Below are positions 1 to 16,925 of a stretch of DNA of 64,000 nt, one piece after another. A program made the translations under genes and the position numbers. The stretch comes from the human T2T-CHM13v2.0 reference genome, Homo sapiens. Each line of letters begins with the position of its first letter. Positions within the stretch are counted from its first letter, which is position 1. The notes beneath the pieces are model-generated. The model searched no databases and was not told the origin of the DNA. It worked only from the letters and a program-made list of their open reading frames with translations. The DNA is taken from NCBI RefSeq assembly GCF_009914755.1, contig NC_060941.1; one strand, 5' to 3'.

Positions 1-1
1 C

Positions 2-124
<123 letters not shown>

Positions 125-189
125 TCACAAAAGAAAAAGAAAAAAAAAAAAAAAAGAAAACCAATAGAAAGGCTGGGCGTGGTGGCTCA

Positions 190-426
<237 letters not shown>

Positions 427-1509
427 TCACTTCAGCCTGGATGACAGGGCAAGACCCCATCTCAAAAAAAAAAAAGAAAAAAAAAAAAACTAATAGAAAA
501 AGGTGCTAGGTGCGATCGTCCTACATTTGACCTTGGGTCTCCAAGTTTAGCTTTCTAACACAACCGGCTCTGCCTTTCACTCATGACTCCCCTAAGAAGA
601 ATACGGCACTTGTGGCAGAGGGGAAACCTCCGAGGTGGACATCTGCTGTGTTTCAAAGGCCGATATCTATTTTCTCATTTGGCAACAGCAACCCAACCCA
701 GTTTCTCATAAGGATCCCTCTCACCCTCAGTCCCATGGCCCTTGCCCTACAGCTGAGGGTGTGGCATGTGGCTCACATATGGCTCCTTCCTCTGGCCCAA
801 ATGGCTGGAGGAAAACTATGTCTAATTTTCCTCCAGCCACAGTTCTCAGGTCAATGAAACACAGTAACATCTCTGCCCAGGCTGCTGTTTGAGTGGCATG
901 TGCTCTTATCCTCCTTGGCAGGAAATCCGCAGGCTGGGCTGCTGGCAGCCATCCTGCATCGTAAGAGGGAAGTCTATCTGAGGATGGGCTAACACAGAGA
1001 AAATGAAGCTGAGAGGGGTGGACAGAAAGCCCCTGGATCAAGCTGTATCTTAAGCAGCCTTATCCTGGAATTTTTCTCATAACATTTTTTTTGGTAGAGA
1101 CAGGGTCTTGCTATGTTGCCCAGGCTGGTCTTGAACCCCTGGCCTCCAAGTGATCTGTCCACCTCAGCCTCCCAAAGTGCTGGGATAATAGGCATGTGTC
1201 ACTGTGCCCAGCCTATCCTGGGACTTTTCAATGACTGACTTCAGCAAATAAATTCCCAGTCTCCCCCAGATCCCAAACCAGTTCAGATGGGATCTTCTGT
1301 CCTTTATAAAGGAAACATTACTAAATTGAACCTTTCCCTGTGGTTTCTCTGGAGGGGAACTAGTGTATGGGGATGACTGGCTAAAATGGAGGTGATATTA
1401 CTGGTCTCAGCACTTACAAGTCCCTGATGGCTTCCTCCTAAACACTGATCACCCTTGGGGTGGAAAACTGACCTCCAGGAAAAGTGGAGGAGACAGAAGA
1501 GAGAATTAC

Positions 1510-1673
1510 CTGCATGGGCGCTCCGCAACTGTTGCAACAGAATGCTTCCCACCTGGGCCCTGCAGCCATCCTGTGTGCCTCAGTTTGACAAGCTGGACAG
1601 GCGCAGTCAAAGAAATACTGAGACCTCAGCTTCTGCTGCCTTTCGGCAACCCCCATCCGGCTCTTGTGAGGCC
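1510..1673 (-). CDS. SMYD4: SMYD4 coding exon 7 (164 nt; end of SET, post-SET CxCxxC zinc motif)
   Basis: Acceptor cctccag|GG at 1674-1675 and donor CAG|gtaatt at 1508-1509. Translates (G)PHKSRMGVAERQQKLRSQYFFDCACPACQTEAHRMAAGPRWEAFCCNSCGAPMQ. Phase 1 in, phase 0 out; cumulative CDS 1884 nt. Confidence 0.95.
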
Positions 1674-2121
1674 CTGGAGGGAGATCACCGTCAGCCAATA
1701 TTGAAAGCAAGAGAGAGTCAAACACTACGTAAAAACCTTCAGCTTAGCAGAGGGTCTGGACAATTACCTATCATGTGACAGCTAACCTTTACCCAAATAT
1801 TTGTGGAACTGGATACTAAAATAAGCTTCCAAGTTGCTGAGACAGGAAGAAAGAGAAGCCAAGAAGTTGTTCCTAGCCCATTTTCAGAATAGGAAGTTTA
1901 TAGTGATTAAACAGCGAGACATAGTTTAGCCGCAATAGGGCCCTAGCACGAAGGCCATTCCTTCCATCCTCCCTTCCTTGTTTTTGGCCTAAGTGTTCAC
2001 TGCCTCTTCCAGGAAGCAGACAGTAGACAGGTGAAGTCACATGCCTGGTGGCTTGCTGACTTGCGTCCCCGTCCTTTTCTGTTGGAGAAGGGCAGGATGG
2101 CAGTGCGGAGGGATGGCTCAC

Positions 2122-2304
2122 CATAGCAGTGGAGAATCTCTTGCCCCTTTCTAATCCGCTGTGACGCCCGGATGGTGGCGACAGTGCTAATGAAGGACAC
2201 GCTGGTGTTGGGGCTACAGGAGTGGTTCAGGAGGCTGATAACAGGGAAGATGCCTGTGGCAAGGCGCACCTGCCTGCTGTCGGTAACGATGCTCCCTTTA
2301 GGTC
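2122..2304 (-). CDS. SMYD4: SMYD4 coding exon 6 (183 nt; SET C-terminal half with NHSC motif)
   Basis: Acceptor ctttcag|GA and donor TATG|gtgagc. Translates GPKGSIVTDSRQVRLATGIFPVISLLNHSCSPNTSVSFISTVATIRASQRIRKGQEILHCY, containing the SET signatures NHSCxPN and GxEIxxxY. Confidence 0.96.
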
Positions 2305-3282
2305 CTGAAAGGGCAAGAGGAAAGAAGGAAAAAGGTGTCAGCACATGAGCCCTGGCCTTGCCCTCTGTTCCTCAGAAGATGAGCTGGGCAGCTAGGCCTG
2401 CAGCCCGTGTGAGTCATGGCTCCACAGCCAGATCCAATATAAATCAGATGGGACATGACTCACGGCAAGCTCCAGTCCCCAGGAAGCAAAGTGGATGAAC
2501 GCACACAAAGTCCACTGGAGTCCTGGAACCTAACGACTGTGTCTCTACACCACGAAATAGCCAAAGATAAGAACTTATAAAGAAGTAATAAAAAAGGGAT
2601 GATAAGTAGGGAGCGTTCTAGATAGTTTCATAATGTTCTCACATAGAAACCAGAGCCCCTGTTGAGGTGACTTCCCAAAGACTTTTAGAGCCCAAGGGCT
2701 TTTGTTTATCTGGTCTTTGGTTGGTTAACAGAACAAGCGACCTAGTTACTACCCCAAACTTTATATATTTAAGCAGGCCAGGCACCAGGGCTCCTGCCTG
2801 AAATCCCGAGGCTCACGCAGAAGAATTGCTTGAGCCCAGGAGTTCAAGGCCAGCCTGGACAACACAGCTAGATTTGGTCTCTAAAAAAAAAAAATTAAAA
2901 TATTAGCCAGCTGTGGTGGTGCACACCTGTAGTCCCAGCTACTCAGGAGGCTGAGGTGGGAGGATCAGTTGAGCCCTAGAGAGCGAGGCTGCAGTGAGCC
3001 AGGATTGCACCACTGCACTCCAGCCTGGGTGACAGAGCAGGCCCTGTCTGAAGAAAAATAAATAAAAATTTAAAAAAAGTTTTACTCTAATTGTAACATT
3101 TATTATTTTTTTCTTTTTTGGTCTTTTCAGGCCCATAGTTTACTTTAAAATTTTGTTCATTTTGGCCGGGCGCGGTGGCTCACGCCTGTAATCCCAGTAC
3201 TTTGGGAGGCCGAGGCGGGCAGATCACAAGGTCAGGAGATCGAGACCATCCTGACTAACACGGTGAAATCCCGTCTCTACTA

Positions 3283-3414
<132 letters not shown>

Positions 3415-4262
3415 CTAGACAACAAGAGTGAGACCCCGCCTCCAAAAAAAAAAAAATTTGTTCATTTCAGAAAAGAAAGCATGGTGGATAATTAGCACTT
3501 TAAAAGTCCACCTGTAACACTTCACTTAGCCAGAGGCTCTACCTGTGCTGGCTTTTCTCAAAGCCATCTGTCCTAGGAGTATGTACAGTAAAGATAACCT
3601 TGGGCACACAGAAACGCTTAAATTATCTTCAGTAGTCTCAATTTAAGCATGAGGCAAATTGTGTTTCTAACAAAACAGGTTGGAAGATAAAAAATACCAG
3701 TATTTAAAAGGAAACATTCAGTTTTCTGGAAAACTGGAAAAAAACCATCAAATAACTGTGATATCACCGAATATATGCCAGGAATCTCAAAAAAACCACT
3801 CACCAGGCTGGGCATGGTGGCTCATGCCTGTAATCCCAGCACTTTGGGAGGCCGAGGCGGGTGGATCACCTGAGGTCAGAAGTTCGAGAGTAGCCTGGCC
3901 AAAATGGCAAAACCCTGTCTCTACTAAAAACACAAAAATTAGCTGGGCATGGTGGCATGCGCCTGTAGTCCCAGCTACTCGGGAGGCGAGGTACGAGAAT
4001 TGCTTGAATCCAGGAGGAGGAGGTTGCAGTGAGCCCAGATCACACTGCTGCACTCCAGCCTGGGTGACAGAGCAAAACTGTCTCGCAAAACAAAAAAAAC
4101 AAATTCACCAAAGAAATAGTCTAGGTACAAATGTAATGGATAAAGAAAATATTATGAACCATTATGTGAAAATGTTTTATAGGCCAGGCGCAGAGGCTCA
4201 CGCCTGTAATCCCAGCACTTTGGGAGGCCAAGGCGGGCAGATCACTTGAGGTCAGGAGTTCA

Positions 4263-4616
<354 letters not shown>

Positions 4617-5273
4617 TCAATTCTAGTTAATAATTCTACAAATTGTATTAAAATCTTTCATCAGAGCTTCTCCTAAGTGCTTCGCTGATTTTTGTTTCTT
4701 CTTCTCCCCCTTGTCCGGTGCCCACCTTCTGGTATATGTGCTAATGAGCAGTGAAAATGCTAAAAGGCAGGTGGCAGGAAGGAGCCGTCCAGGGCATGAA
4801 CAATTTGTCGTCTGAATAATCAGCCTCTGCATAATTAAAAGTGGACTTGCATTGCCAACTACTGATAACTGGCAATCTATATTAGAACCATTGCTAAAAT
4901 TTTCCAGAAAAGAATGATCACACTACAGTGAGTAATGTCAGCTTTGTGAATTATTTATAGATTACCCTCTGACAGAAGTAGGCCCAGGAACCGTGTGGGT
5001 ATTTATGTCAGAGTTGAATAGCTCTCTAATTATTTCTAAAAAATTAAGTATTGATTTTTAAAAATTACTCAGTATTGTGCATTAATCATCTATTAGTAGA
5101 GATAATAGAAAGTGAGAATATGTATGTAGTTCCTCAACCAAATTTAATCTGTGACATTTTGTATTAAAATAAAGAGGGAGTGATTCTATACCAAAACAGT
5201 ACCTTGCTAATATCCCTAGTGCATTTCTTTTTATTTATTTATTTTTCAGACGTAGTCTCACTCTGTCGCCTAG

Positions 5274-5432
<159 letters not shown>

Positions 5433-5619
5433 TAGTCAGGCTAGTCTCGAACTTCTGACCTCGTGATCCACCCACCTTGGCCTCCCAAAGTGCTGGCTAA
5501 GCCATGCCCATCCCTGGTGCATTTAAACTGGGATTCAAGTAAAGAAAAAAGATTCATGCTGGGCGCGGTGGCTCACGCCTGTAATCCCAGCACTTTGGGA
5601 GGCCCAGGCGGGTGGATCA

Positions 5620-5861
<242 letters not shown>

Positions 5862-6387
5862 TCATTGCTGAAGAGTGAAAGCAATGGGCAGTGAATTGAT
5901 GGGAAGTGACAGGACACAGAACCCCAATAAAATCTTGTTATGACAGGAATCCGGATAGATCATAAATATGCCATTCCCACTGAGACAGAACCACACGTGT
6001 CACGGTCTAGAAAATCATCAGTGGCCAGTTCTGTCCCTTGAGATAAGCCCTAGTGAGAGGTTTCTGGGGAACTTTGATTAAACAGGATTTATGCAAAGAT
6101 AATAACATACATTTTTATAGGTTTTTGTCAAAGTCTATCCTAGTTAACACTTTAATCCTTTGCCTGTACTACTAATGAAACAGCTGCTAATGAAATTCAA
6201 TGAGAACACTAAATTGAGAGGGATTGGAACCCCAAAGAAATAATAAAAAGGGATATAACAAGATTAGAAATATGAGCAGACTAAAAGAAAATGAGATGAA
6301 ATTTAACAATGAAAGTGAACCTTGCTGGTGGGCGCGTCAGTGGAACTTTCCTGGAGGGCAATTTTGCAAGCTGTATCAAGTGCCTTA

Positions 6388-6627
<240 letters not shown>

Positions 6628-6769
6628 TTACAAAAGGAATACGTGGTAGTCAGAAAAAAATTTAAAAATTGAACATTACAGAGAAAATGACAGTTGCTTG
6701 TAATGCCATCAGGCAGATATAACATGTTATCTTTAAATCCTAACCTAAAATACATTTTTTTTTTTTTGA

Positions 6770-6955
<186 letters not shown>

Positions 6956-7070
6956 TAGCCAGGATGGTCTCGATCTCCTGACCTCGTGATCCTCCCACCT
7001 CGGCCTCCTCAAGTGCTGAGATTACAGGCTTGAGCCACCACGCCTGGCCTAAAATGCATTTTAGAATTAA

Positions 7071-7193
<123 letters not shown>

Positions 7194-8054
7194 TAATCAT
7201 ACAAAAGTTAGCCCAGTGTGGTGCACACCTGAGCCCAGCTACTTGGGTGCCTGAGGAGGGAGGATCAGTTGAACCCTGGAGGTCGAGGCTTCAGTGAGCT
7301 GAGATCACGCCGCTGCACTCCAGCCTGGGCAACAGACAGAGGCCCTGTCTCAAAAAACAAAAACAAAACCAGTAAAACAACTCTGCTGCTGTGACAGGCC
7401 AACAAAGGTATCTGGTTTTAATTACTAGAGAGGTTAGAGAGTGACCGTTTTTACTTATCACTATCTACTTCGATACAGTGCTTGCTCACGTGTGCTTTCA
7501 ACAGCTGTACTGAGATAGAATCCATCTACCGTAAAATTCACTTAAGTGTACGATTCAGTGCTTTTTTGGGGGGAAATTTGTAAGATTGGGCAAACAGTAC
7601 CACAACCCGGCTTTAGATTTTCATCATTATGCATGTTTTTATTTTTATCTTGCTATTTTTTAGACAGGGTCTCACTCTGTTGCAATGGGGTGATCTCAGC
7701 TCACGGCGGCCTCGACCTCCTGGGCCCGAGCCGCTGTCCCACCTCAGACTCCCGGGTAGCTGAGACCACAAGCGCGCACCACCACGCTCAGCTAATTTTT
7801 GTATTTTTGTAGACACAGAGTTTAGCCATGTTGCCCCGGGTGGTCTCTAACTCGTGGGCTCAAGTAATCCTCCTGCCTCAGCCTTCCAAAGTGCTGGGAT
7901 TATAGGTGTGAGCCACTGTGCCTGGCCGCTATGCATATTTTTAAAAGTTGATTTTAAGAGCTGTATAGTTGCTAGAGATATTCCCTCATTTTGTCCATTT
8001 ACATCTAATTTTTGTTTATGAGGTTTTTTTGGGGGGATTGTTAAAACAATGACA

Positions 8055-8440
8055 ATTTCATTTGTTCACAATTCTGTACCCCGGCAGTTTTGGCTCAGCT
8101 GAGTATTTTTTTTTTTTCTGCTGGTTTTGCCTGGGGCTGACTCACATGACTGCCTTTCTGTGGCACCTGGTCTTTTATCCTCAAGGAAGCCAGCCCAGGC
8201 TTCTTCACAGGGCTACACTATCGCTCCAAGACGGTGACAGTGGAGGCAATTAAGGCTTAGACTCAAAAGTCACATCAGGTCACTTCTGTCTATTGGTCAA
8301 AGCAAGTTACAGAGCTAGCCCAGATTCAAGGAGAGGGGAAAAAAATCTCCACTTCTTGACAAGAGAAGCAGCAATGTCAAGCTGCAAAGAGGCAACTTAT
8401 AGGGATGGGAGAAACTGTGGTCATGTTTGCAAACAGCCTT
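8055..8440 (-). mobile_element. Old MLT1-type MaLR LTR fragment
   Basis: Resembles MLT1 consensus motifs (gtcacttctg..ctattggtcaaagcaagttaca..gcccagattcaagg..ctccacttcttga); boundaries approximate. Confidence 0.6.
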
Positions 8441-8517
8441 CCCCAGAGGCTCTGAGGCTTATCCAGTCTCATCATGTCCATGATGACACTGAGATACACA
8501 GAGGTTCAGGAGATTAG

Positions 8518-9083
<566 letters not shown>

Positions 9084-9988
9084 TGATCCACCCACCTCAG
9101 CCTCCCATAGTGCTGGGATTACAGGCCTGAGCCAACACGCCCGGCCATCCTTTATCTTCCTAACCAATTATGGTGTTCTTGGTATTTGGTACCTAAGTAG
9201 TTAAATCTAGCTATCTTTTAATTACCTAAATTTGACATTCTATAGTATTAAAAAGCCTCTCTCACCCTAAGACTACATAAATGTTCACTTACCTTTAACT
9301 AGATAATTGATGGTTTAATTCTGAAATATTTAAGTTGTTAATGATTTGAAAAAGACTCTAATCCTTTTTGGGGGGCTGTCATCAGTTTCCAGTTGTTTTT
9401 CATTTTGTAGCTTTAATGCTCGTATGAAATCTGACAGTACCAAGACCTTTCAGTTCTCTTAAAAAAAAAAAAGGCTATTCTCACCCATTTATTCAAGATG
9501 AATTTAGAATGTTGTCAAGTTCCCAGAAAAACTCAACTGTGATTCTGTTTGAAATGGTATGAAACTGATTAGGTTAATGCAGGAAACTCAAAGTTTTCAG
9601 TCTTTCCATTAAGAACATGGCATGTCTCTGTGGTTATCGAAGCCGTCTTTCATATCCCTCCGAATTAAAATACCTTTGCCTTTCTGGGAGAAACTCTTCT
9701 TGGTTATGTATTATTATTCCTTCAATAAACTGCTAGATATGACACTGCAGTGGTTTATCCAGGGTTTCTACATCTACATTCACAAGTGAGACTGGTCTCT
9801 AGCTTTTATCACCGGCTTTCTAAAATGACTGGGAAAGAGTTCTAGGTTTCCCCACAGGCTGGAGCAGTTTACACAGTATAGAAACAGGCTGTTCTCTGTT
9901 TGTTGTTGTTCCCAGTGGTGGGGTCTTGCTATGTTGCCCAGGCTGGTCTCGAACTCCAGGGCTCAAGTGTTCCTCCTGCCTCAGCCTT

Positions 9989-10484
<496 letters not shown>

Positions 10485-11145
10485 TAAGTATTTTCCTCTA
10501 GAATTATGGGAAAGGTATACAATCATTTTAAAATTTAATAGTATAATGGTACCACTGTGTGAATAAGTGTTTTTAATGTTAAAAAATCAGAAAAGTTCAA
10601 AGAAGAAAGTAGCAATCACCTGTATTTCCACTTTCAGAATTAATCACTGCTCAGATTTTGGTATTTTTGCTTCTACTGTTTCTTCTATGTATATATTTTT
10701 AAAACATTACATAAACAATAAATTATGCATAAAACATTAGAACCTCATAGATAAAGCCGATGTCTCCAAACCACTTTCCATGACCCCAAGTAGCCAGTAT
10801 TACGATATGTATCTATTCTTCCAGTTTTCATTAGCCACAGAATAAGCATGTATTTTTCTTTTTTCTTTTTGAGACAGGGTCTCTCTCTGTTGCCCAGGCT
10901 CTAGTGCAGTGGCGCAACTCATGTCTCACTGAAGCCTCGAACTCTTCGGCTCAAGCAATCCTCCTGCCTCAGCTTCCCAAGTAGCTGGGACCACAGGCAC
11001 ATGCCACCATGCCTGGCTGTTTTTTTTTTTTTTTTTTTTTTTTGTAGAGATGGGTCTTGCTCTGTTGCCCAGGATGGTCTCAAATTCCTGGGCTCAAGCA
11101 ATCCGCCCACCTCAGCCTCCCAAAATGCTGAGGTTAAAGGTGTGA

Positions 11146-11502
<357 letters not shown>

Positions 11503-12372
11503 TAACTTTCTGCCATTTAATTGGGAAGCCCCATATATTTTTATGTTCAGAAAAACAGAACAAAGTAAAGTATATTAAAAAATACAAGTGAATATACCCA
11601 AAGGAGAACCTAATTCTGGAAAAATACTCAGCAGCTATATTTTAGATGGTAGCAAAGGCACAAAGAAGCAAAGGAGGGCAGAGGAAAACACAGGCTAACC
11701 TGACATGTGATTTAGTAGTATCATGGGACCAGGCCAGTCCTATTTTTAGATGTTCCACGAGCTTCAGGATGGGGAAGAGAATCTTGGCCAAAACATGTCT
11801 ACTGAGATACCTATATACCATATAACTTGCCTGCTGAATTAAAATTAAACATAAACATGCACACCAAAATAGGCTGACAAATTCTAGATGACCTAATGTG
11901 AGATCAAATGAGCTAAGCATGTAGAGTTTAGTGAAGCCACATTTAATATTCATCTGTCTATAAAAACTCAGTTTAGCTAACACCTGGTTTCCTCCCTCTC
12001 AAGAGAGTTAATTGAAAAAATTAAGAAAAGTATAATGAACGGATTGAGTCAAAAAACATTTTCTGCTAAAATGAAGATCATAAAATAGAAAGACTACAAA
12101 TGCCACTTTTCTAATAATAGTTGTATCTGTTGTCAGCACAGTCACACTGGAGATGTCAAGCTGGATCATGATTCTCGGCACATCCAACCTTCCCATCTAT
12201 CTTAAGTAGTGTTATCTATAGGCTCCAGTTCAGGAAAGCAGGCTGAGCCAGCTCGTCTGTGTTTAGAGGTGGCCCCTTGAGGTTTGGCCACCTGATCAAA
12301 GGACAGGCACTATGCAGGCTGGCAGCTTCTGCTGCAGTGTGGGGTGGAAGGCTGCGCTGGGCTGGAAATTTA

Positions 12373-12759
<387 letters not shown>

Positions 12760-13515
12760 TTACCCAACTACTGGGCCTCTTCTTTCTGCAGTCTGGTTTG
12801 ACTATTATTTCTGCCCTCCCTAAAGAGAAACTATATAGCTTTCTCTGGAATCTTGTGCATGTATTTTTTTTTTTTTTCTCTTGAGACAGGGTTTCACCCA
12901 GGCTGGAGTGCATCGGTGCGATCATGGCTCACTGCAACCTCTGCCTCCTGGGCTGAAGTGATTCTCCTGCCTCAGCCTCCCAAGTGGCTGGGATTAGAGG
13001 CGTACCTGGCTAATTTTTGTATTTTGTCATGCTGTCCAGGCTAGTCTTGAACTCTTGAGCTCAAGTAAGTGATTTGACCCACCCCGGCCTCCCAAAGTGC
13101 TGGGATTACAGGCGTACTGTGTCAGGCCTTTTGTGTATGTACCTTATAAGAAACTTGCTATTACTATTTATTTGAGACAGTTTTCCTTCATAACCAAAAA
13201 AATTCGGGTTGAGTGCAGTGGTTCACACCTGTAATCCCAGCACTTGGGGAGGCTGAGGCGGGAGGATTGCTTGAGCCCAGGAGTTCAAGACCAGCCTGGG
13301 CCACATAGCAAGTCCTCATCTCTATTAAAAAAATTTTAAAAGGCCAGGTGCAGTGGCTCATGCCTGTAATCTCAGCATTTTGGGAGGCCAAAGCAGGTGG
13401 ATCACCTGAAGCCAGGAGTTCAAGTCCCACCTGGCCAACATGGCAAAACCCCGTCTCTACTAACAACACAAAAAAATTAGCCAGGCATGGTGGCGCATGC
13501 TTGTAATCTCAGCTA

Positions 13516-13620
<105 letters not shown>

Positions 13621-13716
13621 TCAAAAAATAAATAAATAAATAAAGTAAAATAAAAAATAAATTTTTTTTCAGCAATATGGACTTTTTAAAGAATTTCAAA
13701 AGAATTTTTACAAACA

Positions 13717-14019
<303 letters not shown>

Positions 14020-14582
14020 TTACACAACTCTGTAAAGTTAGCTGGGATAAAACTACCCATTTTACAGATGAGAAACTGAGGCAGAACGGAATCAAATAAT
14101 TTTTTTTTTTTTTGAGATGGAGTCTCACTCTGTCGCCAGGCTGGAGTGCAGTGGCACGATCTCGGCTCATTTGCAACCTCTGCCTCCCGGGTTCAGGTGA
14201 TTCTCCTGTCTTAGCCTCCCGAGTAGCTGGGACTACAGGCATGTACCACCATGCCCAGCTAATTTTTTTATTTTTATTTTTAGTAGAGACGGGGTTTCAC
14301 CATGTTGGCCAGGATGGTCTTGATCTCTGGACCTTGTGATCTGCTCACCTCGGCCTCCCAAAGTGCTGGGATTATAGGAGTGGGCCACCACGCCTGGCAG
14401 GATCAAATAATTTAAGGTCATATAGCTTCTTAATGGCATTGTGACAATAAACAAGACAGCTTAGTGATCCCATTAGCTCAATGATTTGTTTGAATCCTAT
14501 TTTCCTTTGGAATTGTTTCTTCTCAAACACCTGCTCCATCGAGAACAATATTGAAAAGCAGGAACATCAGGTTCCCTCTTAC

Positions 14583-15750
14583 CTGTGTGTTGTATGGTGG
14601 TCATCGCCTGAGCGTTACACTGAAGCTGTAACATGTGTCTCAGCATCGCCACTCCCCAAATAGTCACGTCAGGACACAATTCAGGTGTCACTGCTGCTTT
14701 AAGCTGAGAGGAGTTCACAATCCTCTCAGTTGGGATGGCCTGTAAACTGGCTGCTTCTAGCTGTCTGCACAGTGCAGAAACACAGAGAGCACAGAGGAAT
14801 TTGTGCTCTGGGCTATGGTTTTCAGTGTGGGGCAAAAGGTTGAAGACAGCATTATAATTATTTTCATACTTCCCATTAATATCGCATCCAGGAATTGGGG
14901 TCTCAACGATGTTGCCATTTTTCTCACTCTCCCCTAGGCCATAATTAAGTGTCTTGACCTGATTGTTGCTTTCAGGTAAACAGATGTCCTTGTTACTAAT
15001 CTTATCACAAAGCTTCGTTATGATTTTGCGAACATCCTCAAATCCCACCAAAAGAGTCAACCTCAGGGCAATGTGGCAAAAGACACCCAGTGTGAGAAGC
15101 AGCCCTCCCAGAGGACATTCTGTCCTGTGGTAGAGCTCCCAGGCCTGCTGCAAACACTCCTGGCTGCAATACTTGGCATAACTGCATCCGTCACACGGAA
15201 CTGTGGCCAAAGTGTGCTTCAAACATCGGTGACAATAGAGGTCCCCATTGGTGACTCTGGTGTCCCATTTGCTGTCTAGGCCGTGATGCGGTGGTGGCAG
15301 TTCTCCTGGGTTGAGAACACTCACAAAAGCATCCTCCTGCACCAGGAGCTCTCCTGGGAGAATATCTTTTGTGGCAACGAGACAGCGACCTTTTAAAGGA
15401 TCTACGCATAAGCCGATGGATGATGAGGCATTGGAAAGTTGTTCATTCTCCTCCCTCAGCGCTGCATCCTCAAGGGTTTTGGCCAGAGCTGCTGGGAAGC
15501 TTTCTGTGAGACTGTCCTTTTCTTGCATCTTCATTTTCAGACGATGGAGGTTTCTCTGCAGAGTCTGAGGGAGGACATCTGCTAGGGCTGGTGTGGCTGT
15601 GAAGTTCCTTTCAAGATCACTGATGGTCTGGCTTGCCTCCTGCAGTCTCCCCAGGGCCACCAGACATTCTGCTTTACGTAACATAATCTTGGGTTGCAAC
15701 CTTTCTGGATACCCATGTGTCTGTGCTATGTTAATGTCTTTAAGACACGT
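14583..15750 (-). CDS. SMYD4: SMYD4 coding exon 5 (1168 nt; last TPR, SET N-half, MYND zinc finger, SET insertion)
   Basis: Within the 425 aa ORF 14497..15774. Acceptor ttttcag|ACG at 15751-15752 and donor ACAG|gtaaga at 14581-14582. Contains KGRCLVATKDILPGELL (SET-N) and CHRC..CDGC..YCSQECLQQAWELYHRTEC (MYND). Confidence 0.97.
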
Positions 15751-16324
15751 CTGAAAACAGAAAGAAAATCCCACAATGACCCTTGGTCCCTATTCTTCAA
15801 TGTTTACTGAAAATGTTTCCAAAAATCTACAGGAAAGTTAAGGATTATTAAAAAATGGAACAATTACAACCACATGCTTATTAAAATCATATAGTTCTGT
15901 GTGATCCTTTGAGTGATTAGCAATACTTGTTGAGGATATTGTTATGCTTAATGTTTTTGGATTAAATTTTTTTTTCTTTTTTTTTGAGACGGAGTCTCGC
16001 TCTGTCGCCCAGGCTGGATTGTAGTGGTGCGACCTTGGCTCACTGCAAGCTCCACCTCCTGGGTTCACGCCATTCTCCTGCCTCAGCCTCCTGAGTAGCT
16101 GGGACTACAGGTGCCCGCCACCACACCCAGCTATTTTTTTTTGTATTTTTAGTAGAGACGGGGTTTTGCCATGTTAGCCAGGATGGTTTCGATCTCCTGA
16201 CCTCATGATACGCCCGCCTCAGCCTCCCAAAGTGCTGGGATTACAGGCATGAGCCACTGCGCCCAGCCCCTGGATTAAATATTTCTATTTTTTAAGGAAA
16301 AAGAAGTCTTATGAATAGAAGAAT

Positions 16325-16925
<601 letters not shown>

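Noticed and set aside
612-1041. Overlapping 81-104 aa ORFs in unique sequence of SMYD4 intron 7
   Set aside because: Non-ATG starts, no recognisable domain and no well-supported exon boundaries.
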